This document shows positions 28,337-41,200 of a stretch of DNA of 64,000 bases, in pieces. Below the pieces are notes generated by a model. The model had not been told where the DNA came from. It ran no database searches and worked only from the letters and a program-made list of their open reading frames with translations. The DNA lies in assembly GCA_964057225.1 (NCBI GenBank), contig CAXKVF010000081.1, positions 1 to 64,000 on the forward strand. The letters run 5' to 3'. The DNA comes from Auanema rhodensis. Taxonomy: Eukaryota > Animalia > Nematoda. A program made the translations under genes and the position numbers. Every line of letters begins with the position of its first letter. Within the stretch, counting starts at the first letter, position 1.

Positions 28337-28513
28337 ATTTGTTTTTGACTAATATAGACATGGGGAATCTAATTTTGGAAACCGCATCTCTTTATCTTTC
28401 ACGTGCAGCGAGTTACATACCAAGAGCACATCACGTGTACATTTAATTAGCATAAATTAAAGTTCACGTAAATTTCAAAGTCATATGGTTACCATGCACC
28501 AATATCAATAAAA
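28337..28513 (+). repeat. Diverged 177-bp monomer (1-bp deletion, 2-bp insertion, 4 substitutions)
   Basis: GTTTTTGACT (A11 del), ATATAGAC (G21A), TTTTGGAA (A43G), GTGCAGCG (A71C), CAAGAGCAC (T90A), TCATATGG (+AT). Confidence 0.9.
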
Positions 28514-31500
28514 ATTTGTTTTTAGACTAATATGGACATGGGGAATCTAATTTTGAAAACCGCATCTCTTTATCTTTCACGTGAAGCGAGTTACATACCA
28601 AGTGCACATCACGTGTACATTTAATTAGCATAAATTAAAGTTCACGTAAATTTCAAAGTCATGGTTACCATGAACCAATATCAATAAAAATTTGTTTTTA
28701 GACTAATATGGACATGGGGAATCTAATTTTGAAAACCGCATCTCTTTATCTTTCACGTGAAGCGAGTTACATACCAAGTGCACATCACGTGTACATTTAA
28801 TTAGCATAAATTAAAGTTCACGTAAATTTCAAAGTCATGGTTACCATGAACCAATATCAATAAAAATTTGTTTTTAGACTAATATGTACATGGGGAATCT
28901 AATTTTGAAAACCGCATCTCTTTATCTTTCACGTGAAGCGAGTTACATACCAAGTGCACATCACGTGTACATTTAATTAGCATAAATTAAAGTTCACGTA
29001 AATTTCAAAGTCATGGTTACCATGCACCAATATCAATAAAAATTCGTTTTTAGACTAATATGGACATGGGGAATCTAATTTTGAAAACCGCATCTCTTCA
29101 TCTTTCACGTGAAGCGAGTTACATACCAAGTGCACATCACGTGTACATTTAATTAGCATAAATTAAAGTTCACGTAAATTTCAAAGTCATGGTTACCATG
29201 CACCAATATCAATAAAAATTTGTTTTTAGACTAATATGGACATGGGGAATCTAATTTTGAAAACCGCATCTCTTTATCTTTCACGTGAAGCGAGTTACAT
29301 ACCAAGTGCACATCACGTGTACATTTAATTAGCATAAATTAAAGTTCACGTAAATTTCAAAGTCATGGTTACCATGAAGCAATATCAATAAAAATTTGTT
29401 TTTAGACTAATATGGACATGGGGAATCTAATTTTGAAAACCGCATCTCTTTATCTTTCACGTGAAGCGAGTTACATACCAAGTGCACATCACGTGTACAT
29501 TTAATTAGCATAAATTAAAGTTCACGTAAATTTCAAAGTCATGGTTACCATGCAGCAATATCAATAAAAATTTGTTTTTAGACTAATATGGACATGGGGA
29601 ATCTAATTTTGAAAACCGCATCTCTTTATCTTTCACGTGAAGCGAGTTACATACCAAGTGCACATCACGTGTACATTTAATTAGCATAAATTAAAGTTCA
29701 CGTAAATTTCAAAGTCATGGTTACCATGAACCAATATCAATAAAAATTTGTTTTTAGACTAATATGGACATGGGGAATCTAATTTTGAAAACCGCATCTC
29801 TTTATCTTTCACGTGAAGCGAGTTACATACCAAGTGCACATCACGTGTACATTTAATTAGCATAAATTAAAAATCACGTAAATTTCAAAGTCATGGTTAC
29901 CATGCACCAATATCAATAAAAATTTGTTTTTAGACTAATATGGACATGGGGAATCTAATTTTGAAAACCGCATCTCTTTATCTTTCACGTGAAGCGAGTT
30001 ACATACCAAGTGCACATCACGTGTACATTTAATTAGCATAAATTAAAGTTCACGTAAATTTCAAAGTCATGGTTACCATGAACCAATATCAATAAAAATT
30101 TGTTTTTAGACTAATATGGACATGGGGAATCTAATTTTGAAAACCGCATCTCTTTATCTTTCACGTGAAGCGAGTTACATACCAAGTGCACATCACGTGT
30201 ACATTTAATTAGCATAAATTAAAAATCACGTAAATTTCAAAGTCATGGTTACCATGCACCAATATCAATAAAAATTTGTTTTTAGACTAATATGGACATG
30301 GGGAATCTAATTTTGAAAACCGCATCTCTTTATCTTTCACGTGAAGCGAGTTACATACCAAGTGCACATCACGTGTACATTTAATTAGCATAAATTAAAG
30401 TTCACGTAAATTTCAAAGTCATGGTTACCATGCACCAATATCAATAAAAATTTGTTTTTAGACTAATATGGACATGGGGAATCTAATTTTGAGAACCGCA
30501 TCTCTTCATCTTTCACGTGAAGCGAGTTACATACCAAGTGCACATCAAGTGTACATTTAATTAGCATAAATTAAAGTTCACGTAAATTTCAAAGTCATGG
30601 TTACCATGAACCAATATCAATAAAAATTTGTTTTTAGACTAATATGGACATGGGGAATCTAATTTTGAAAACCGCATCTCTTTATCTTTCACGTGAAGCG
30701 AGTTACATACCAAGTGCACATCACGTGTACATTTAATTAGCATAAATTAAAGTTCACGTAAATTTCAAAGTCATGGTTACCATGCACCAATATCAATAAA
30801 AATTTGTTTTTAGACTAATATGGACATGGGGAATCTAATTTTGAGAACCGCATCTCTTCATCTTTCACGTGAAGCGGGTTACATACCAAGTGCACATCAA
30901 GTGTACATTTAATTAGCATAAATTAAAGTTCACGTAAATTTCAAAGTCATGGTTACCATGAACCAATATCAATAAAAATTTGTTTTTAGACTAATATGGA
31001 CATGGGGAATCTAATTTTGAAAACCGCATCTCTTTATCTTTCACGTGAAGCGAGTTACATACCAAGTGCACATCACGTGTACATTTAATTAGCATAAATT
31101 AAAGTTCACGTAAATTTCAAAGTCATGGTTACCATGCACCAATATCAATAAAAATTTGTTTTTAGACTAATATGGACATGGGGAATCTAATTTTGAAAAC
31201 CGCATCTCTTTATCTTTCACGTGAAGCGAGTTACATACCAAGTGCACATGACGTGTACATTTAATTAGCATAAATTAAAGTTCACGTAAATTTCAAAGTC
31301 ATGGTTACCATGCACCAATATCAATAAAAATTTGTTTTTAGACTAATATGGACATGGGGAATCTAATTTTGAGAACCGCATCTCTTCATCTTTCACGTGA
31401 AGCGAGTTACATACCAAGTGCACATCAAGTGTACATTTAATTAGCATAAATTAAAGTTTACGTAAATTTCAAAGTCATGGTTACCATGCACCAATATCAA

Positions 31501-31637
31501 TAAAAATTTGTTTTTAGACTAATATGGACATGGGGAATCTAATTTTGAAAACCGCATCTCTTTATCTTTCACGTGAAGCGAGTTACATACCAAGTGCACA
31601 TCACGTGTACATTTAATTAGCATAAATTAAAGTTCAC

Positions 31638-31653
31638 GTAAATTTGTAAATTT
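31638..31653 (+). repeat. 8-bp tandem micro-duplication (GTAAATTT)x2 giving a 184-bp monomer
   Basis: Sequence reads TTCAC-GTAAATTT-GTAAATTT-CAAAG, and the array register shifts by +8 afterwards. Confidence 0.95.
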
Positions 31654-34600
31654 CAAAGTCATGGTTACCATGCACCAATATCAATAAAAATTTGTTTTTA
31701 GACTAATATGGACATGGGGAATCTAATTTTGAAAACCGCATCTCTTTATCTTTCACGTGAAGCGAGTTACATACCAAGTGCACATCACGTGTACATTTAA
31801 TTAGCATAAATTAAAGTTCACTTAAATTTCAAAGTCATGGTTACCATGAACCAATATCAATAAAAATTTGTTTTTAGACTAATATGGACATGGGGAATCT
31901 AATTTTGAAAACCGCATCTCTTTATCTTTCACGTGAAGCGAGTTACATACCAAGTGCACATCACGTGTACATTTAATTAGCATAAATTAAAGTTCACGTA
32001 AATTTCAAAGTCATGGTTACCATGCACCAATATCAATAAAAATTTGTTTTTAGACTAATATGGACATGGGGAATCTAATTTTGAAAACCGCATCTCTTTA
32101 TCTTTCACGTGAAGCGAGTTACATACCAAGTGCACCTCAAGTGTACATTTAATTAGCATAAATTAAAGTTCACGTAAATTTCAAAGTCATGGTTACCATG
32201 CACCAATATCAATAAGAATTTTTTTTTAGACTAATATGGACATGGGGAATCTAATTTTGAAAACCGCATCTCTTTATCTTTCACGTGAAGCGAGTTACAT
32301 ACCAAGTGCACATCACGTGTACATTTAATTAGCATAAATTAAAGTTCACGTAAATTTCAAAGTCATGGTTACCATGCACCAATATCAATAAAAATTTGTT
32401 TTTAGACTAATATGGACATGAGGAATCTAATTTTGAAAACCGCATCTCTTTATCTTTCACGTGAAGCGAGTTACATACCAAGTGCACATCACGTGTACAT
32501 TTAATTAGCATAAATTAAAGTTCACGTAAATTTCAAAGTCGTGGTTACCATGCACCAATATCAATAAAAATTTGTTTTTAGACTAATATGGACATGGGAA
32601 ATCTAATTTTGAAAACCGCATCTCTTTATCTTTCACGTGAAGCGAGTTACATACCAAGTGCACATCACGTGTACATTTAATTAGCATAAATTAAAGTTCA
32701 CGTAAATTTCAAAGTCGTGGTTACCATGCACCAATATCAATAAAAATTCGTTTTTAGACTAATATGGACATGGGGAATCTAACTTTGAAAACCGCATCTC
32801 TTTATCTTTCACGTGAAGCGAGTTACATACCAAGTGCACATCACGTGTACATTTAATTAGCATAAATTAAAGTTCACGTAAATTTCAAAGTCATGGTTAC
32901 CATGCACCAATATCAATAAAAATTTGTTTTTAGACTAATATGGACATGGGGAATCTAACTTTGAAAACCGCATCTCTTTATCTTTCACGTGAAGCGAGTT
33001 ACATACCAAGTGCACATCACGTGTACATTTAATTAGCATAAATTAAAGTTCACGTAAATTTCAAAGTCATGGTTACCATGCACCAATATCAATAAAAATT
33101 TGTTTTTAGACTAATATGGACATGGGGAATCAAATTTTGAAAACCGCATCTCTTTATCTTTCACGTGAAGCGAGTTACATACCAAGTGCACATCACGTGT
33201 ACATTTAATTAGCATAAATTAAAGTTCACGTAAATTTCAAAGTCATGGTTACCATGCACCAATATCAATAAAAATTTGTTTTTAGACTAATATGGACATG
33301 GGCAATCTAATTTTGAGAACCGCATCTCTTTATCTTTCACGTGAAGCGAGTTACATACCAAGTGCACATCACGTGTACATTTAATTAGCATAAATTAAAG
33401 TTCACGTAAATTTCAAAGTCGTGGTTACCATGCACCAATATCAATAAAAATTCTTTTTTAGACTAATATGGACATGGGGAATCTAACTTTGAAAACCGCA
33501 TCTCTTTATCTTTCACGTGAAGCGAGTTACATACCAAGTGCACATCACGTGTACATTTAATTAGCATAAATTAAAGTTCACGTAAATTTCAAAGTCATGG
33601 TTACCATGCACCAATATCAATAAAAATTTGTTTTTAGACTAATATGGACATGGGGAATCTAACTTTGAAAACCGCATCTCTTTATCTTTCACGTGAAGCG
33701 AGTTACATACCAAGTGCACATCACGTGTACATTTAATTAGCATAAATTAAAGTTCACGTAAATTTCAAAGTCATGGTTACCATGCACCAATATCAATAAA
33801 AATTTGTTTTTAGACTAATATGGACATGGGGAATCAAATTTTGAAAACCGCATCTCTTTATCTTTCACGTGAAGCGAGTTACATACCAAGTGCACATCAC
33901 GTGTACATTTAATTAGCATAAATTAAAGTTCACGTAAATTTCAAAGTCATGGTTACCATGCACCAATATCAATAAAAATTTGTTTTTAGACTAATATGGA
34001 CATGAGGAATCTAATTTTGAAAACCGCATCTCTTTATCTTTCACGTGAAGCGAGTTACATACCAAGTGCACATCACGTGTACATTTAATTAGCATAAATT
34101 AAAGTTCACGTAAATTTCAAAGTCATGGTTACCATGCACCAATATCAATAAAAATTTGTTTTTAGACTAATATGGACATGAGGAATCTAATTTTGAAAAC
34201 CGCATCTCTTTATCTTTCACGTGAAGCGAGTTACATACCAAGTGCACATCACGTGTACATTTAATTAGCATAAATTAAAGTTCACGTAAATTTCAAAGTC
34301 GTGGTTACCATGCACCAATATCAATAAAAATTTGTTTTTAGACTAATATGGACATGGGAAATCTAATTTTGAAAACCGCATCTCTTTATCTTTCACGTGA
34401 AGCGAGTTACATACCAAGTGCACATCACGTGTACATTTAATTAGCATAAATTAAAGTTCACGTAAATTTCAAAGTCGTGGTTACCATGCACCAATATCAA
34501 TAAAAATTCGTTTTTAGACTAATATGGACATGGGGAATCTAACTTTGAAAACCGCATCTCTTTATCTTTCACGTGAAGCGAGTTACATACCAAGTGCACA

Positions 34601-35209
34601 TCACGTGTACATTTAATTAGCATAAATTAAAGTTCACGTAAATTTCAAAGTCATGGTTACCATGCACCAATATCAATAAAAATTTGTTTTTAGACTAATA
34701 TGGACATGGGGAATCTAACTTTGAAAACCGCATCTCTTTATCTTTCACGTGAAGCGAGTTACATACCAAGTGCACATCACGTGTACATTTAATTAGCATA
34801 AATTAAAGTTCACGTAAATTTCAAAGTCATGGTTACCATGCACCAATATCAATAAAAATTTGTTTTTAGACTAATATGGACATGGGGAATCAAATTTTGA
34901 AAACCGCATCTCTTTATCTTTCACGTGAAGCGAGTTACATACCAAGTGCACATCACGTGTACATTTAATTAGCATAAATTAAAGTTCACGTAAATTTCAA
35001 AGTCATGGTTACCATGCACCAATATCAATAAAAATTTGTTTTTAGACTAATATGGACATGAGGAATCTAATTTTGAAAACCGCATCTCTTTATCTTTCAC
35101 GTGAAGCGAGTTACATACCAAGTGCACATCACGTGTACATTTAATTAGCATAAATTAAAGTTCACGTAAATTTCAAAGTCATGGTTACCATGCACCAATA
35201 TCAATAAAA

Positions 35210-38200
35210 ATTTGTTTTTAGACTAATATGGACATGGGCAATCTAATTTTGAGAACCGCATCTCTTTATCTTTCACGTGAAGCGAGTTACATACCAAGTG
35301 CACATCACGTGTACATTTAATTAGCATAAATTAAAGTTCACGTAAATTTCAAAGTCATGGTTACCATGCACCAATATCAATAAAAATTTGTTTTTAGACT
35401 AATATGGACATGGGGAATCTAATTTTGAAAACCGCATCTCTTTATCTTTCACGTGAAGCGAGTTACATACCAAGTGCACATCACGTGTACATTTAATTAG
35501 CATAAATTAAAGTTCACGTAAATTTCAAAGTCATGGTTACCATGCACCAATATCAATAACAATTTGTTTTTAGACTAATATGGACATGGGGAATCTAATT
35601 TTGAAAACCGCATCTCTTTATCTTTCACGTGAAGCGAGTTACATACCAAGTGCACATCAAGTGTACATTTAATTAGCATAAATTAAAGTTCACGTAAATT
35701 TCAAAGTCATGGTTACCATGCACCAATATCAATAAGAATTTTTTTTTAGACTAATATGGACATGGGGAATCTAATTTTGAAAACCGCATCTCTTTATCTT
35801 TCACGTGAAGCGAGTTACATACCAAGTGCACATCACGTGTACATTTAATTAGCATAAATTAAAGTTCACGTAAATTTCAAAGTCATGGTTATCATGCACC
35901 AATATCAATAAAAATTTGTTTTTAGACTAATATGGACATGAGGAATCTAATTTTGAAAACCGCATCTCTTTATCTTTCACGTGAAGCGAGTTACATACCA
36001 AGTGCACATCACGTGTACATTTAATTAGCATAAATTAAAGTTCACGTAAATTTCAAAGTCATGGTTACCATGCACCAATATCAATAAAAATTTGTTTTTA
36101 GACTAATATGGACATGAGGAATCTAATTTTGAAAACCGCATCTCTTTATCTTTCACGTGAAGCGAGTTACATACCAAGTGCACATCACGTGTACATTTAA
36201 TTAGCATAAATTAAAGTTCACGTAAATTTCAAAGTCGTGGTTACCATGCACCAATATCAATAAAAATTCGTTTTTAGACTAATATGGACATGGGGAATCT
36301 AATTTTGAAAACCGCATCTCTTTATCTTTCACGTGAAGCGAGTTACATACCAAGTGCACATCACGTGTACATTTAATTAGCATAAATTAAAGTTCACGTA
36401 AATTTCAAAGTCATGGTTACCATGCACCAATATCAATAAAAATTTGTTTTTAGACTAATATGGACATGGGGAATCTAATTTTGAAAACCGCATCTCTTTA
36501 TCTTTCACGTGAAGCGAGTTACATACCAAGTGCACATCACGTGTACATTTAATTAGCATAAATTAAAGTTCACGTAAATTTCAAAGTCGTGGTTACCATG
36601 CACCAATATCAATAAAAATTCGTTTTTAGACTAATATGGACATGGGAAATCTAACATTGAAAACCGCATCTCTTTATCTTTCACGTGAAGCGAGTTACAT
36701 ACCAAGTGCACATCACGTGTACATTTAATTAGCATAAATTAAAGTTCACGTAAATTTCAAAGTCATGGTTACCATGCACCAATATCAATAAAAATTTGTT
36801 TTTAGACTAATATGGACATGAGGAATCTAATTTTGAAAACCGCATCTCTTTATCTTTCACGTGAAGCGAGTTACATACCAAGTGCACATCACGTGTACAT
36901 TTAATTAGCATAAATTAAAGTTCACGTAAATTTCAAAGTCATGGTTACCATGCACCAATATCAATAAAAATTTGTTTTTAGACTAATATGGACATGGGGA
37001 ATCAAATTTTGAAAACCGCATCTCTTTATCTTTCACGTGAAGCGAGTTACATACCAAGTGCACATCACGTGTACATTTAATTAGCATAAATTAAAGTTCA
37101 CGTAAATTTCAAAGTCATGGTTACCATGAACCAATATCAATAAAAATTTGTTTTTTGACTAATATGGACATGGGGAATCTAATTTTGAAAACCGCATCTT
37201 TTTATCTTTCACGTGAAGCGAGTTACATACCAAGTGCACATCACGTGTACATTTAATTAGCATAAATTAAAGTTCACGTAAATTTCAAAGTCATGGTTAC
37301 CATGCACCAATATCAATAAAAATTTGTTTTCAGTCTAATATGGACATGAGGAATCTAATTTTGGAAACCGCATCTCTTTATCTTTCACGTGAAGCGAGTT
37401 ACATACCAAGTGCACATCACGTGTACATTTAATTAGCATAAATTAAAGTTCACGTAAATTTCAAAGTCATGGTTACCATGCACCAATATCAATAAAAATT
37501 TGTTTTTAGACTAATATGGACATGAGGAATCTAATTTTGAAAACCGCATCTCTTTATCTTTCATGTGAAGCGAGTTACATACCAAGTGCACATCACGTGT
37601 ACATTTAATTAGCATAAATTAAAGTTCACGTAAATTTCAAAGTCATGGTTACCATGCACCAATATCAATAAAAATATGTTTTTAGACTAATATGGACATG
37701 GGGAATCTAATTTTGAAAACCGCATCTCTTTATCTTTCACGTGAAGCGAGTTACATACCAAGTGCACATCACGTGTACATTTAATTAGCATAAATTAAAG
37801 TTCACGTAAATTTCAAAGTCGTGGTTACCATGCACCAATATCAATAAAATTCGTTTTTAGACTAATATGGACATGGGGAATCTAACTTTGAAAACCGCAT
37901 CTCTTTATCTTTCACGTGAAGCGAGTTACATACCAAGTGCACATCACGTGTACATTTAATTAGCATAAATTAAAGTTCACGTAAATTTCAAAGTCATGGT
38001 TACCATGCACCAATATCAATAAAAATTTGTTTTTAGACTAATATGGACATGAGGAATCTAATTTTAAAAACCGCATCTCTTTATCTTTCACGTGAAGCGA
38101 GTTACATACCAAGTGCACATCACGTGTACATTTAATTAGCATAAATTAAAGTTCACGTAAATTTCAAAGTCATGGTTACCATGCACCAATATCAATAAAA

Positions 38201-41200
38201 ATTTGTTTTTAGACTAATATGGACATGGGGAATCAAATTTTGAAAACCGCATCTCTTTATCTTTCACGTGAAGCGAGTTACATACCAAGTGCACATCACG
38301 TGTACATTTAATTAGCATAAATTAAAGTTCACGTAAATTTCAAAGTCATGGTTACCATGCACCAATATCAATAAAAATTTGTTTTTAGACTAATATGGAC
38401 ATGAGGAATCTAATTTTGAAAACCGCATCTCTTTATCTTTCACGTGAAGCGAGTTACATACCAAGTGCACATCACGTGTACATTTAATTAGCATAAATTA
38501 AAGTTCACGTAAATTTCAAAGTCATGGTTACCATGCACCAATATCAATAAAAATTTGTTTTTAGACTAATATGGACATGAGGAATCTAATTTTGAAAACC
38601 GCATCTCTTTATCTTTCACGTGAAGCGAGTTACATACCAAGTGCACATCACGTGTACATTTAATTAGCATAAATTAAAGTTCACGTAAATTTCAAAGTCA
38701 TGGTTACCATGCACCAATATCAATAAAAATTTGTTTTTAGACTAATATGGACATGGGGAATCTAATTTTGAAAACCGCATCTCTTTATCTTTCACGTGAA
38801 GCGAGTTACATACCAAGTGCACATCACGTGTACATTTAATTAGCATAAATTAAAGTTCACGTAAATTTCAAAGTCGTGGTTACCATGCACCAATATCAAT
38901 AAAAATTCGTTTTTAGACTAATATGAACATGGGGAATCTAACTTTAAAAACCGCATCTCTTTATCTTTCACGTGAAGCGAGTTACATACCAAGTGCACAT
39001 CACGTGTACATTTAATTAGCATAAATTAAAGTTCACGTAAATTTCAAAGTCATGGTTACCATGCACCAATATCAATAAAAATTTGTTTTTAGACTAATAT
39101 GGACATGGGCAATCTAATTTTGAAAACCGCATCTCTTTATCTTTCAAGTGAAGCGAGTTACATACCAAGTGCACATCACGTGTACATTTAATTAGCATAA
39201 ATTAAAGTTCACGTAAATTTCAAAGTCATGGTTACCATGCACCAATATCAATAAAAATTTGTTTTTAGACTAATATGGACATGGGGAATCTAATTTTGAA
39301 AACCGCATCTCTTTATCTTTCACGTGAAGCGAGTTACATACCAAGTGCACATCACGTGTACATTTAATTAGCATAAATTAAAGTTCACGTAAATTTCAAA
39401 GTCATGGTTACCATGCACCAATATCAATAAAAATTTGTTTTTAGACTAATATGGACATGAGGAATCTAATTTTGAAAACCGCATCTCTTTATCTTTCACG
39501 TGAAGCGAGTTACATACCAAGTGCACATCACGTGTACATTTAATTAGCATAAATTAAAGTTCACGTAAATTTCAAAGTCATGGTTACCATGAACCAATAT
39601 CAATAAAAATTTGTTTTTTGACTAATATGGACATGGGGAATCTAATTTTGAAAACCGCATTTCTTTATCTTTCACGTGAAGCGAGTTACATACCAAGTGC
39701 ACATCACGTGTACATTTAATTAGCATAAATTAAAGTTCACGTAAATTTCAAAGTCATGGTTACCATGCACCAATATCAATAAAAATTTGTTTTTAGACTA
39801 ATATGGACATGAGGAATCTAATTTTGAAAACCGCATCTCTTTATCTTTCACGTGAAGCGAGTTACATACCAAGTGCACATCACGTGTACATTTAATAAGC
39901 ATAAATTAAAGTTCACGTAAATTTCAAAGTCATGGTTACCATGCACCAATATCAATAAAAATTTGTTTTTAGACTAATATGGACATGAGGAATCTAATTT
40001 TGAAAACCGCATCTCTTTATCTTTCACGTGAAGCGAGTTACATACCAAGTGCACATCACGTGTACATTTAATTAGCATAAATTAAAGTTCACGTAAATTT
40101 CAAAGTCATGGTTACCATGCACCAATATCAATAAAAATTTGTTTTTAGACTAATATGGACATGGGGAATCTAATTTTGAAAACCGCATCTCTTTATCTTT
40201 CACGTGAAGCGAGTTACATACCAAGTGCACATCACGTGTACATTTAATTAGCATAAATTAAAGTTCACGTAAATTTCAAAGTCGTGGTTACCATGCACCA
40301 ATATCAATAAAAATTCGTTTTTAGACTAATATGGACATGGGGAATCTAACTTTGAAAACCGCATCTCTTTATCTTTCACGTGAAGCGAGTTACATACCAA
40401 GTGCACATCACGTGTACATTTAATTAGCATAAATTAAAGTTCACGTAAATTTCAAAGTCATGGTTACCATGCACCAATATCAATAAAAATTTGTTTTTAG
40501 ACTAATATGGACATGGGCAATCTAATTTTGAAAACCGCATTTCTTTATCTTTCAAGTGAAGCGAGTTACATACCAAGTGCACATCACGTGTACATTTAAT
40601 TAGCATAAATTAAAGTTCACGTAAATTTCAAAGTCATGGTTACCATGCACCAATATCAATAAAAATTTGTTTTTAGACTAATATGGACATGGGGAATCTA
40701 ATTTTGAAAACCGCATCTCTTTATCTTTCACGTGAAGCGAGTTACATATCAAGTGCACATCACGTGTACATTTAATTAGCATAAATTAAAGTTCACGTAA
40801 ATTTCAAAGTCATGGTTACCATTAACCAATATCAATAAAAATTTGTTTTTAGACTAATATGGACATGGGGAATCTAATTTTGAAAACCGCATCTCTTTAT
40901 CTTTCACGTGAAGCGAGTTACATACCAAGTGCACATCACGTGTACATTTAATTAGCATAAATTAAAGTTCACGTAAATTTCAAAGTCATGGTTACCATGC
41001 ACCAATATCAATAAAAATCTGTTTTTAGACTAATATGGACATGGGGAATCTAATTTTGAAAACCGCATCTCTTTATCTTTCACGTGAAGCGAGTTACATA
41101 CCAAGTGCACATCACGTGTACATTTAATTAGCATAAATCAAAGTTCACGTAAATTTCAAAGTCATGGTTACCATGCACCAATATCAATAAAAATTTGTTT

